Positions 1 to 12,995 of a stretch of DNA of 64,000 nt are shown piece after piece. Made by a program: the position numbers and the translations under genes. Where the stretch lies: NCBI RefSeq assembly GCF_009914755.1, contig NC_060926.1, one strand, 5' to 3'. The notes under the pieces were generated by a model. That model was not told where the DNA came from. It ran no database searches and was given only the letters and a program-made list of their open reading frames with translations. The DNA is from the human T2T-CHM13v2.0 reference genome, Homo sapiens. Each line of letters begins with the position of its first letter. Positions within the stretch are counted from its first letter, which is position 1.

Positions 1-775
1 CATAAACCACATGAACTACAGGCCAGGTTGGCCCAGGCAAACTGGTGAACCAGGAATTATACATTCAATGCCTGGCACTTAGAGTTATAAATCTAGAAGG
101 AGCCTTAGAGAGCCCAAGTCCAAACTCAGGCCTCTGTTCAACCTGAGCTTCCCCAGCAAGTCATCCTCCAGGCTCTCTGGAACACTCCAGTGATGAGGAG
201 TTCACAATCAGATGTGTTGTCTTCTTTGCAGTTAATTAAATATCTCTCCTCTGAAGTTTACTCCTTGTTACCTTCCTGGCCTCCCCAGTCTCTGGGGTGC
301 CCAGAGTTCAAACCTCAATCCCACTTGCTCATGTTCCCATCTGTGCACCTAAGCAGTCCCTACTACCAGAGGGCACCCCAAGTGCCACTCAGCCCCTTCC
401 CTCTGCAGCCTTCTCCCCTGCTTCTGTTTCCTCACCTTGTTCTCTGCCCTGGGACAAGGGATCAACCAAACCATTTAATCCCTGCCAAGACGCATTTAAC
501 TTAGAGCAATTTCAGGTCACCTGGTGCTTTAACTTACGTAAAAGTCTCTGTCTCCCAAAAAGAGTGCCAGGGTAGGAACTTTTGACCCCACGGGTGGCTA
601 GAAAGGAAGACATTTGTGTCATAGGACTCTTTTAGACTTCTTTGAATCAAACTGCAAGAAGAGGTAGAAAGTTAGCTTTTACAAGATATAAGCCAACAAC
701 ACTGTCCTCAGTGTTTAATGTGCATAAGAAGCATCTGGCCCACTCCCTTAATTAAGATCCATGGGCAATCCCCTC

Positions 776-1156
776 TGTATTAGTCTGTTCTCACATTGCT
801 ATAAAGAACTACCTGAGACTGGGTAATTTATGAGGAAAAGAGGTTTAATTGACTCACAGTTCCACAGGCTTAACAGGAAGCATGCCTGGGAAGCCTCAGG
901 AAACTTACAATTATAGTGGAAGGTGAAAGGGAAGCAAGCACGTCTTACCATGGTGAAGCAAGAGAGAGTGAAGGGGAACGTGCCACAAGCCTTCAAACAA
1001 CCAGATCTCATAAGAACTCACTCACTATCATGAGAACAGCAAGGGGGAAAATCCACCCCCATGATCCAATCACCTCCCACCAGGCCCCTTTCCTGATGTG
1101 TGGGGATTACAATTTGACATGAGATTTGGGTGGGGACATAGAGCCAAACCACATCA
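776..1156 (-). mobile_element. MST-family MaLR solo LTR (MSTA/MSTB-like)
   Basis: tgtattagtc...ccaaaccacatca termini; 5-bp TSD ccctc at 771-775 and 1157-1161. Confidence 0.9.
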
Positions 1157-1337
1157 CCCTCTATGGGAGTTCCTCAAGAAAATGACACTTGTAATGAGAC
1201 GGTTTGTCACAAGATGTTTCCTAATGTAGTGGAATTCTGTGTAGACCTTAAATATAAAGCTGAAAATGCAACATAATCATAGGACAGGTTGAATTTAGGC
1301 ACCAGAATGAGAGTTGAAATGTGGAACTGTGCTTGTT

Positions 1338-1370
<33 letters not shown>
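1338..1370. repeat. Interrupted (TG)n microsatellite
   Basis: Direct reading. Confidence 0.9.
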
Positions 1371-1371
<1 letters not shown>

Positions 1372-1382
1372 TAAAGGGTTAG

Positions 1383-1698
<316 letters not shown>

Positions 1699-2189
1699 AG
1701 GTTAGTGTATTACTTATGACCGAGCAGCCCAGCCTGAAGGCCTGGCCACACTTGACAAGTGGCCAACCTATGCCAAAAAGAAGGAGCCAAATGACCGTCT
1801 GTCCAGGACTGCCTGAGGCATCAGGACATGCACCTCATCCAGTGGCCACTGCCAATCTTCCACCACACCTGCCAGGACCTGCCTGGACACTCTGCTCTAT
1901 GCTTGACTGGATGATACCAGGCCCAGCCCCCTTAGAGATCCATACACTGATGCAAACACCACCACCTTCTTTATCATGAGCAGGAGTCATGTATTAATTA
2001 CCTAGAATGGCAAGATCTAGCCTTTAAAATCCCATTCAGCTTGCCATCCTTTCTTTTATTCCTCCCAGGTCTCAGGATGATGGGAAGCAGCAGTAAAGTT
2101 TGTACATGTTTTAGCCATGTTTAGGAGTCCTTTTCTCTCCAAGTACCCCCACATTTAGAGAAAGGAAAATTTGCTTCTAGCTCTTCCCA

Positions 2190-2960
2190 TAGTATAAATA
2201 TTTACTAAGCTCTCATTTTATGCCAGGCACCCATGCAAATACTGATGACACAGCAGAGGACAAAACACACAAGTCCTTGCCTTCGGGGGCTTATAGTCTA
2301 GTGGGGAAAGACAGAGAATGAACACATAAACTAGGAACTGTCTTGTGTATTAGACGGTGTAAGTGCTTTGAAAACCATTATAGGGATAAGGCAGAAAGTG
2401 TACCAAGGGTAGGAGTGGGGCACTATGTTGAACAGGATGGGCAGGAAAGACCTTTCTTACAACGCGGTATTTGAGCAGGCACCTGAAGGAAGTGAGAGGT
2501 GAGCCACGTGAGTGTCTGAAAGAAGAGCGTTCTAGGCAGAGGAGTGAGCATGTGCAAAGATCCTAGGGCTGAGGGGGTTTTGAGGATCTTCCAGGAAGTC
2601 AGCATGGTAGTGGACAGTGGGCCACATGGAGAGCAACAGGAGATAAAGTCAGAGAGGTAATGGAGCCCAGATTCTGTAGAGCTTTGTAGGCCACTGCAAA
2701 GACTTACTCTTTTGCTCTGGGTGAGATGGGAGCCCAAATACTGTTTTGAAGGTGATGCGAAAAGGTTTACAAGTACTTATAAAAGTATCACTCTGACTGC
2801 TTGCTGTGTTGAGAATACACTATGGGGAAGCAAGTATGGAAGTGGGGAGATCAGTTGAGAAACTTTTATGACAATTCTGAGAGATAGTGGTGGCTCTGAA
2901 AAGGTGGGATAAAGTGTGGTGAGAACATGACTAAATGTCAAAGTAGATCAGACAGAATAG
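2190..2960 (-). mobile_element. LINE-2 3' fragment
   Basis: aaatatttactaagc...tgccaggcac...tagtctagtgggga L2 3'-end signature; boundaries approximate. Confidence 0.7.
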
Positions 2961-3649
2961 GAGCACCTTGGCAATTCTGATGGAGGGGTCCAGAAACAAT
3001 ACTTTGAAAAGCACAACCATAGGGCAACTGTTGGAGGGAAAGTTCCTGGCTCTAGGTGCTCTGCTAGACTGTCTGGTGTTGGGGACTGTCACAGTCCTGA
3101 GCCTCCAAGTTTGTGCATCAGTCTCATAGAGCACAGAAACAAAATTACTGACCCAGGAAGCAGGCTCACAGCTCCAGCCCCTCTCTGCCCTGTGGCTGGA
3201 CCCCTTTGAGCCACAACTGAAACAATGGGTATAAAAGTCCAGCCTTCATCCTAGAAGGTTTAATGTGAGTACCACTTCGAATGATGTGTATGAGTGGTCT
3301 TAGATAAGGTATGGACCTCAAATTAGTCCCATTAGCTGGGCAGAGGGTGGATATTTCACCATAAATTCATTAATGTGGACCTTGAAGACCTTCCATCTTT
3401 ATGCAAATGTTCCTTCAGTGAAATACAAATATCCCCTGGATACAATCAGACCTTGTGCTGTCAACAACTAACATAGTTTGGATATTCTTTAACAGGTAAC
3501 CTCTTTCTTCTGGCATCATACCAGAAAGTATGATGCCAGAAGAAAGAGGATAATCATTTGCTCACATTAGATTTCACCCACTTCACAGTTTTCCCGACGA
3601 GGACTAACTCTCTGCTTTCTCTTTATGCATTTGCTTAAGAAATCTTCTG

Positions 3650-5268
3650 TCTCAATTTATCTCTCTCTCTCTCTCCCCTCCCCCTTCTGCCCCACCCCAC
3701 CCTTATGGGACTCTAATTACACATATTTTTTTCTCTCTTTGATTCAGTTTGGATAAATCTATTGATCTGTCTTCAAGTTTACTGATTTTTTACTGTATCC
3801 AGGCTGCCAAGCCCATTAATTCTTTATCTCTTGATGTTGTGGGGAGATTTGTCAGCATTTCCCTTGGAATTTGTTTAGTTTTTGTCTTTCTGCTGACATT
3901 CTTCATCTGCTCATGCATGTTCCCCACCTTTTCCTCTAGATCCTTCTATATATTAATGATAATTAGTTTAATGTCCCTATCTGATAGTTCTAATATCTGG
4001 ACCACTTCTTTGTCTCATTCTGTTGACTGCTTTATCTCGTCACAGTGGATTATCTTTTTGTTTTTTGCCTTGTTTTATGTATGTGTATGTGTGTTCATAC
4101 TTTTTATTCAATGCCAAACATAAAGGAACAGTAGAGACTGAGGTAAATAGTATTTATACCCAGAATTAAGCTTGCCTTTTCTACCAGATCATAAGTTGGG
4201 GGCTGGGGGAACAGGCTAGATTTGGGGTTTGTTTTACTGAATTAACTTGTAATGCATCACACTCCTCAGATTCTTTCCACGATGAGCTGCTGCTGCCTTG
4301 TGCTTACTGTGAGGCCTGGAGGGCCAGAGGGGCTATTCCTTGTTTCTTCTCTACTCTCAGCTCTCAGCATGCCTGTGCCACATGCGTGGTTCTCTCTGTG
4401 TGCTCCTCAGCAGTAGAGACCAACTCATCCCGGTTTGCGGGGAACTTTTGCAGTTTAAGCATGGAAAGTCCTGTGTCCCAGGAAACCCCTCAGTCTGGGG
4501 CAGAACAGGGTGCTTGGTCAACTGAGTATCTGAGGCTCCCAGGGATTCTAAACTCATGCTAGGCCCCACTCAACTATTGATAATTTGTTGAAATTTCCCT
4601 TCTTTTCTTCTTTGCTCTTGCTCACTATTGGGTGTGAGGTGTATGCTGGACTTAGGATAGTTCCTAGGCGCCCCTACTCCAGCCTCAGTCTTAGGTGAGT
4701 CCTAAGGGGCTCGGCCACTATGGTGTGGAATTCTCAGCATTCCTGCACCATATCCCACACTCTGCAGCCAAATGCTGGACTGTGGGGGAGTCTTAGTCAG
4801 GAGGGACCCGTAGTGATGCAGACCTCTTCTTTGTAGCTCTGCAGGCTTCTGTCCAGATTGGGTTTCCTCTCCCCTCCTTGAGGACAGACAGCTTCTGCAT
4901 CTACCCCTCCATCAGCATCAGTGTAACATTGCCTGAGACTGGGGCCATTTCCCGATGTCCATGCAGTAGCCTGCTAATGCTTGCTCCTTGGAACAAGGCT
5001 CTTGGTCAGAGTTGCTGGATTTGCTGCCTTCTCCCCACCCACCCCCTTAGAAGAAATAGTTTTTGTTTCTACCCCTTTCTCAGTGACAGTATAGCAGGGG
5101 ATGGGGCAGTTTCCTGAATGCCCTCTTTTCTGGTTCTTTTTTGCTTTATCCCCTCCCCTAGAGTCAGTGGACCTTTGCCTGTGTCTTAGAGAAGGAGGGT
5201 TTCGTATCCCTCTCCCAGAGGCTTGCAGGTTTTGCTTTCTATAACAGAAAGCCCTGGAAGAAGGTGGG
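3650..5268 (-). mobile_element. Ancient L1M 5'/ORF1 fragments (continue ~7462-7990)
   Basis: T-rich degenerate antisense L1-like sequence interrupted by THE1A; boundaries approximate. Confidence 0.5.
4412..4523 (+). mobile_element. MER81-like hAT MITE, copy 1
   Basis: gaccaactcatcccggtttgc...gaaagtcctgtgtcccaggaaacccctcag...ttggtcaact. Confidence 0.7.
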
Positions 5269-7461
5269 TGATATAGTTTGGCTGTGACCCCACCCGAATC
5301 TCAACTTGAATTGTATCTTTCAGAATTCCCACGTGCTGTGTGAGGGACCCGGGGGAGGTAATTGAATCATGGGGGCCAGTCTTTCCCGTGCTATTCTCGT
5401 GATAGTGATATTCTCATTTGTCTCTTGCCACCACCATGTAAGGAATGCCTTTCACCCCCCACCATGATTCTGAGGCCTCCCTAGCCATATATAACTGTAA
5501 GTCCAATTAAACCTCTTTTTGTTCCCACTTTCAGGTATGTCTTTATCAGCAGTGTGAAAATGAACTCATACAGTAAATTAGTAGCAGTAGAGTGGAGCAT
5601 TGCTGAAAAGATACCCAAAAATGTGGAATTGGAACTGGGTAACAGGCAGAGGTTGGAACAGTTTGGAGGGCTCAGAAGAAGACAGGAAAATGTGGGAAAG
5701 TTTGGAACCTCCTAAAAACTTGTTGAATGGCTTTGCCCAAAATGCTGATAGCAATGTGGACAATAAGGTCCAGGCTGGGGTGGTCTCAGATGGAGATGAG
5801 AAACTTATTGGGAACTAGACTAAAGGTGACTCTTGTTATGTTTTAGCAAAGAGACTGGAGGCATTTTGCCCCCGTCCTAGAGATTTGTGGAACTTGAGAA
5901 AGATGATTTAGGATATCTGGTGGAAGAAATTTCTAAGCAACAAGGCATTCAAGAGATGACTTGGGTACTATTAAAGGCATTCAGTTTTACAAAGGATGCA
6001 GAGCACAAAAGTTTAGAAAATTTGCAGCCTGACAATGTGATAGAAAAGAAAAACCCATTTTCTGGGGAGATATTCAAGCCAGCTGTAGAAATTTTCATAA
6101 ATAGCAAGGAGCCTAATGTTAATCCCCAAGACCATGGGGAAAATGTCTCTAGGCCACGTCACAGACCTTCACAGCAGCTCCTCCCATCACAGGCCTGGAG
6201 GCCCAGGAGGAAAAAGTGGCTTCAAGGGCTGGGCCCAGGGTCCCTACACTGTGTGCAGCCTAGGGACTTGGTGTCCTGTGTTCCAGCTGCTCCAACCATG
6301 GCTGAAAGGGGCCAATGTACAGCTCAGAATGTGGCCTTAGAGGGTAAAAACTCCAAGCCTTGGCACCTTCCATGTGATGTTGAGCCTGCAGGTGCACAGA
6401 AGCCAAGAACTGAGGTTTGGGAACCTCTGCATAGATTTCAGAAGATGTATGGAAACACCTGGATGCCCAGGCAAGTTTGCTGCAGGGGCAGGGCTCTTAT
6501 GGAGAACCTCTGATAGGGCAGTGTGGAAGGGAAATGTGGGGTCAAAGACCCACACAGAGTCCCTACTGGGGCACTGCCTAGTGGAGCTGTGAGAAGAGGG
6601 CCACTGTTCTCCAGATCCCAGAATTTTAGATCCACCAACAGCTTGCACCACGTGCCTGGAAAAGCCACAGATACTCAACACCAGCTCGTGAAGTCAGCCG
6701 GAAAGGAGGCTGTACCCTGCAAAGCCACAGGGGTGGAGCTGCCCAAGACCATGGGAACCCACCTCTTGCATCAGCGTTACCTGGATGCGAGACCTGGAGT
6801 CAACGGAGATCATTTTGGAGCTTTAAAATTTGACTGACCTGCTGGATTCTGGACTTGCATGGGCCCTGTAACCCCTTTGTTTTGGCCAATTTCTCCCATT
6901 CAGAATGGCTGTATTTACCGAATACCTGTACCCACATTGTATCTAGGAAGTAACTAGCTTTCTTTTGATTTTACAGGCTCCTAGGTAGAAGGGACTTGCT
7001 TTGTCTCAAATGAGTATTTGGACTGTGGACTTTGGGTTAATGCTGAAATGAATTAACACTTTGGGGGACTGTTGGGAAGGTATGATTGGTTTTGAAATGT
7101 GAGGACATGAGATTTGGAGGGGCCAGGGGTGGGATGATATGGTTTGGCTGTGTCCCCACCTAAATCTCAACTTGAATTGTATCTCCCAGAATTCCCACAT
7201 GTTGTAGGAGGGACCCAGGGGCAGGTAATTGAATCATGGGGGCTGGTCTTTCCCATGCTATTCTCGTGATAGTGAATAAGTCTCACGAGATCTGATGGGT
7301 TTATCAGGGATTTCCGCTTTTGCTTTTTCCTCATTTTTCTCTTTCCACAGCCATGATTCTGAGGCCTCCCCAGCCATGTGGAACTGTAAGTCCAATTAAA
7401 CCTCTTTTTGTTCCCAGTTTCAGGTATGTCTTTATCAGCAGCATGAAAACGAACTAATACA
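5269..7461 (+). mobile_element. Complete THE1A MaLR element (LTR 5269-5572, internal region, LTR 7135-7461)
   Basis: Two TG...CA LTRs, polypurine tract before the 3' LTR, 5-bp TSD gtggg at 5264-5268 and 7462-7466. Confidence 0.95.
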
Positions 7462-7578
7462 GTGGGCTTTTGTAACTATGCACCACCAAAGAAGGGCCCT
7501 CTCAGATCCCCTTCCCTGTCCCCAACCCACCTCATAAGCTCCAGGTGGAGGTCTGGGTAAAAGACCTGGCAACCAGAC

Positions 7579-7691
7579 TAAGGTGACCAGGTCATCCTGG
7601 TCTGCCTAGGACTTTTCCAGTTTGAGCACAGAAAGTCCTGTGTCCCAGGAAACTCCTCATCCTGGGGCAGATCTGGATGCTTGTTCAGCCA
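7579..7691 (+). mobile_element. MER81-like hAT MITE, copy 2
   Basis: taaggtgaccagg...gaaagtcctgtgtcccaggaaactcctc...ttgttcagcc. Confidence 0.7.
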
Positions 7692-9223
7692 AGTGTCTGA
7701 GTCTCCCAGGGATTCTAATCTCATGCTAGGTTCCACTCAGCTATTGATAATTCATTGAAATTTCTGTTGTTTTCTTCTTTCCCACTCTTATGGCCATTAC
7801 CTCTTCCTCCCATACTCCGCTGAAAGTGAAACGGTTTGTGTGTTTCCTCTGAAATTCAGTTCTTCTGGTTGCTCTCCTATCTCAGTTCATTAAAAGGCTC
7901 AAAAAGTTATAATCTTATATACTATCTGGTTTTTTCTCATTTTTAGAGTAGGAATGGTTATCTGGTGGCTTTCTACACCCTAAGTGGAAAAAAAACCTCC
8001 TCATCCCCTTTGCTTCTAAAGAATTGAGCTGCGCATTAGAATGTTGTCCTTGTGGAAAGACATTATAAGAAGCTGCACAAAGTGACCCCTGCATTTATTG
8101 TAAAGATGCTCTCATGAACATAGTTCCCCACATCACACAGTGTAGAAATTTATCATGAGTCTCAGTACCGGTAATAGTTGTGTTTCCCTGGTCAAGTTGT
8201 TTTTCTTTTGTGAATGTTGTGGATTTAGCAACTGGTAATTTCCTTCTGTACTTTGGAGACTCAGGACCCAATTTATGTTTAGATTTAGCCACTGTACATG
8301 ATCTTCCAAGGGCATTTTTGCATTTTAACTTTATCTCTGGCTTTATTTTACTTTTTACTCCTATTTCTACTTCCCCTCACTTACTTATCTGTTCAGAGCT
8401 TATCCTGTTATAAACCATCATAAAGAATTATTTTAATGAAATAGTATCTGAAAGGCAACTTGTAACAAATGAAAGCACTAATACATTGACAAAATTTAAT
8501 TGATTTTACGGTATTGCTTTCTAGTCAACACTGTAAAAACGCTTCTCTATAAGGAAGGATCCTTTTTTGGGGAGTGCGTCTGGAGTAAAGGAAAACAAAG
8601 GCCTTGAAAAGCGGAACCCTAGCAGTTGCTTATTCTTCTGGATGCTCCCATCTTCCCATTGGCCTCAGCCGACTTGGATGCTGCCACACGCTCTAAGAGC
8701 AATTACTTCACCTCTTTCTCACAATGTCACTACTACGCAGAACTAAAACTATCTTTACGAGGTGAGCAGACAGAAATACAATTATTTATGGTGAAGCACA
8801 GCCAAATGGCTTGTGTTTTTTAAAAGTCAGCTTCTTCTTTTATGAAATGGAGCTCTAACAAGTGTTTATTCTCTCTGTCAGAGGGAGGTCTTTTCCTGGG
8901 AGGATAAAGAAGGGACCAGGCTTGTGCAGCCTGGACACAGGAAAGGGAGGAAGCCCACTCTGTCAGTGGGAGGCCCCTCTCTCTCAAGGGCCTTCCATTG
9001 CCAACCCTCCCTTAGACCCTCGCTCATTACTCCCCTCCTTCCTCCACTTTCTCTGTTGTCCTCCTCCTCCCAGCCAGCTTGCCATGTCGGAAGGGATATT
9101 CGCTATCCCTCCAATAAAGAATCTAGATTGTTACTGCATTGAGCAAAACCAAACCCTCAACCCAAAAAGACAGGACTAAAGAAACTAACACAGCTTGGTG
9201 CATACTTTAACCTTCTCCAGTTA

Positions 9224-9234
9224 TTTATTTTATT
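9224..9234 (-). terminator. Distal poly(A) signal, two overlapping AATAAA
   Basis: tttattttatt on plus; GU-rich gctgtgttagtttcttt downstream on minus. Confidence 0.65.
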
Positions 9235-11315
9235 CATCCAAATCTCAAGCTAAGGTTGATGGGGAGAAATGAGGCACAATGCAAATAACACAGAACTCTT
9301 TAAGATCACAACTCCATGGACTTGTACAAAGAATAAACAAATGTCTTACTTAGAAATTAAATCCACTCGATGGCTTATTAAATCACCCAAGAACTCACAT
9401 TGCCACCCGGCTCTATGCCTCTTTCATCATAGGATAGTGTAGATGCTATAAAATAATCAGCATCCTTCTCCAGAAAAATTCACTTTACATTTGCCGTTAC
9501 CCTCCTTGTTTTCCCTGCATGGACCTCAGCTCACAGCTTATTAGAGAACCAAAAGGCCAAGCGGGAAAAGAAATGAATCTTCATGAGCCTATTCCTTCAT
9601 GTGCCAAGAGCTTGCTCCCCTGCTTCTTAGTGAGATTGCCATGAGGTAACCACAAAAATCCAAGAGAGCTATTATCAAACTTCAGGGTTGTAAAACCACG
9701 GATTTATTTATTTGTTCCTGAAAGGGTCTAAGCCGCCTAAATAGCTGTTTAATTGCGTATTTCTCATTAGAGCTCCTTTTTCCTTTTAGAATACAGTGGA
9801 GCCACTGTTGTTCTTTATGAAAGTAAGCATTAGGGATAAGGGGGTTTATGATCTGAAACCTTTTTTCCATGCTGAACACACATGTTGTCTTGACTACACC
9901 AATGAGGGAAAACTCTCTATTCTGTCAAATAGGTTTATGAAAGGGCATGAGCCTGGTGCTCCCACGGAGCGAGGGAAGCCTCACACACAAACAGGCATGG
10001 GACAATAGGTGTATAAACTGAACTATGCAACAGCACTTAAGCTCTGGCTATTTTTCTCCTGCATGAGCTCTGTAGAAATCCAGATGGCAGCCCTAAAGGC
10101 TGTGCCTTAAGCAGAAGAAGCATACATCTGACCCTCAAAGGGACAAAATGAGATGGCTGCTCTGACCAGCTCTGTACCAGCTGTGAGGAGGCCTTTTAAC
10201 TCTGTGGGTCTCAGTGTCACTACCTATAATGTGAAGTGGTAGGAATAGCTGATGTCTGAGGTCTGCTTCAGCTCTTTAAGTCTAAATTCTGAAAAACAAA
10301 CAAAACTCAACATTTTCTTCAAGGTTGGCAGGAAAACGCCTCTTCCGTGAAAGCTTCAGCAAGACCAAGATAGAGTATCTTGTGAGCTAGGACACTGTTA
10401 GATTATTTTAGCCAAAAAACAGTCCATGGAAACCTCAATTAACTATAATTTTGTTGCACCCTATTTTTAAAAGTGGGAAGAAATATGTTTAGAGATGAGC
10501 ACATGTTCAGACCTTTACTGTATTTAATCCACATACATATCCTAGCCCTAAACAATGACAAACTGTCATTGAACACAACAGCCCTAGAACACTGAGAATA
10601 CCTGAATTATCAAGGGAAGGTTTCAGCTTTCATAGAGTTCACGCTACTCTACCCTATATTCAGATTAAGAAGCTCCACGATCATGCTAACTTGAAAGGTC
10701 CACGATCAGGCAACAGGACTGGGGTTGGACCTAATTAAGTCAAGGTTGGACTAAATACTATTTTAGAAAGCGCCCTCTTGTGGCAAAAAGTGAAATTGCC
10801 AAATGGCGGTTTTGTCCTGAGACTGAGTACTGCCATTTATTGTATATTTATTTCATCTCAAGGACCGGCCTGGATGTTTTACATGGTAGTAAAATAAAGG
10901 ACTTAAGCAAGGTAGTTTTCAATGTCATGGAGAGAACTGGAAGTCTTTTATGTCACAGAGCTCAAGCTACACCTGAAGATTTACTTCACCAAGTGTGTTC
11001 ATTCCCCCTGTGTATTCCTCAGCACCAGGAGTGGCATCTAACCTCATGACGTTTTCCTGCACCTTTATTGTACTTCCTTGTAGTTCTGAATTGTGGCTGA
11101 GAGGCTGTATAAGTCATACTTCTTTATTTCCAGCACACAGCCCCTAATTTCATGAAGAGAGAAGAGAAGAAAGGAAACGACACTACAGACAGGGTGAATG
11201 GGAATGAGGGACAGGCGGGACAGGGAAGCACACCCCAATACCTTGTGAAAATCTCCAGAAGTCCCAGGATATTTTAATTCAAACAAAACTGCTTAACATC
11301 CATGATTTAAAGGTA

Positions 11316-11321
11316 TTTAAT
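11316..11321 (-). terminator. Proximal poly(A) signal ATTAAA
   Basis: tttaat on plus; U/GU-rich sequence follows on minus (gcagttttgttt). Confidence 0.65.
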
Positions 11322-11599
11322 GAACAACAAAAACACTTATTTATATGATTGCAATTTGTATTTTTCAGTAATCTACATCATCCTCAGACCTTTCAAGTTT
11401 CCTATGTGACTTATATAGTGAGTTTCTGTGCTTAGTACCACTGGTGCTCATTTGTCAAAACAGTTTGCTAAATATTGACAATGCATTCCGCAAACATAGG
11501 CCTGAGAAGACAAATATTTCCATGTATTCCAATTACAAGCGTTCGGCCCCTTCCTTAGAGAGTCCATATCTCAGCACTCATGCTGGGGTGACCCCTTCA

Positions 11600-11845
11600 C
11601 AAGAGTTTGCAAACTCAAATGCTTACTAGCTACGTAGTTCCAGTTCTGGTGTGGAAATGTGGGCTCTGTATGTTCAGATCCTCCAACTTTTTAAATGAAA
11701 CTAGAATGCTAGAGTTTTATGAAGGAATCTCCTGATTTTTAAGTTTTTGAAACTTTGTAAAAAAAAAAAAAACTATATGTCTGAGCCAAACAAAACAGGT
11801 TTTCTGCCCAGACGTGCCCCTCTGTCTGCAATTTTCAGTCTCTGC
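11600..11845. mobile_element. Degenerate hAT-Charlie-type DNA element in 3' UTR
   Basis: Terminus-like caagagtttgcaaactcaaatgc ... ttttcagtctctg; family uncertain. Confidence 0.4.
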
Positions 11846-12820
11846 CTGCAGGTCCTTTGAGGGAGGCATTCAGGCTGCCCCTAGGAGACACCTTCTTGAA
11901 CAGGTCCTGAGAACTACAAGGAAGAAGCTCCAGGAAAGGAAAGTTGCTTGGGGCTTCTGCTGTACTTCATATTGTTGTGGACATCTGGTGGAGGCAAGCA
12001 GCATGTAACCTCATCATTAATTCTCTTTGTTTTACACTACTCATTATTTGGATATTGCCACCAGTTTCCAAAAACATGAGAGTTTGCAATGTCTATTGTA
12101 AAACTGTTCTCTATCCTCTTAGTAGCCATCCAGGGTCATGTTGTTCTCTACTCTCTCATAAGCCACCCAGGTTCATGCCTTTTTGTTTGTGGTTATTAAA
12201 ACCTGGCCTTCAAGAATAGCCATACCAGTTTTCCGGGGATTGTGAAATCTTCTGGAAAACAGAGGCACTCATCAACTAAGACACTGCACAAATTTGAAAT
12301 GAGGTCAATGCATCAGTATCTTTTCAGCACTATGAGGAGAGGGCTCCTGTATTCAAGGTCTACCTAATAATTTCTCATCTTTCCTAATTAACCAAGAAAA
12401 AGGAAGCCATGACTGGGGTTTTCATTTGGGAGTGGGTTTGCTCTGGGTCTTTGTGGCTTCAGAGTTTAAATTTCTGCTACTCTGTTACATGTATAAAATG
12501 CATACCTTTAATAAGGTCTATAAGTACTGCCTTCAAGTCAAAAAATTCTTGATTACAGAGTTGTCCTGCATTGACAGGGAGTGGGTATGAAGCCACATGT
12601 ACTTGGATTGCCCGGTGAAAGACATAGGAGAAGTTTGTACTTTCTCAGAGCAATAGCTAAGAAGCAACTGTCGCCATTTGGAAAAGTGGCTTTTTGAAGC
12701 TTCAGTTGGGGATCAGGATAGGGGTCCCTGGAAGGGTAGGAGTAAACTCTAAGCAGACACCACTCAGAATCCCCAGGCCAGCTGGCAGAACGCCAGGAGA
12801 CCTACTATTACATATATACA

Positions 12821-12838
12821 TATATATATATATATATA
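12821..12838. repeat. (TA)9 microsatellite in SRD5A2 3' UTR (known polymorphic locus)
   Basis: 18 bp perfect TA run ~90 nt after the stop codon. Confidence 0.92.
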
Positions 12839-12928
12839 GGTCTATTATATCATGAAAATTACAGTTTCAGCAGCTTGACAGTTTTCATCAGCATTGTGGG
12901 AGCTCTGCTCCTTTTTAATTTGGTTCCT

Positions 12929-12995
12929 TTAAAAGATGAATGGAATAAGGGCTTTCCGAGATTTGGGGTAGTCCTCAAACATCTTGAGGTAGAAC
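12929..12995 (-). CDS. SRD5A2: SRD5A2 exon 5 coding part (67 bp including TAA)
   Basis: Acceptor ttcttgtcttttag, then (R)FYLKMFEDYPKSRKALIPFIF*, stop at 12929-12931. Confidence 0.98.

Larger units (their letters stand above)
9210..12928 (-). other. SRD5A2: SRD5A2 3' UTR (short form to ~11300, long form to ~9210)
   Basis: Follows the stop codon; ends inferred from minus-strand poly(A) signals and recollection of the mRNA. Confidence 0.7.

Noticed and set aside
5887-6837. 208-aa and 104-aa ORFs
   Set aside because: Broken remnants of the THE1 internal region, not a host gene
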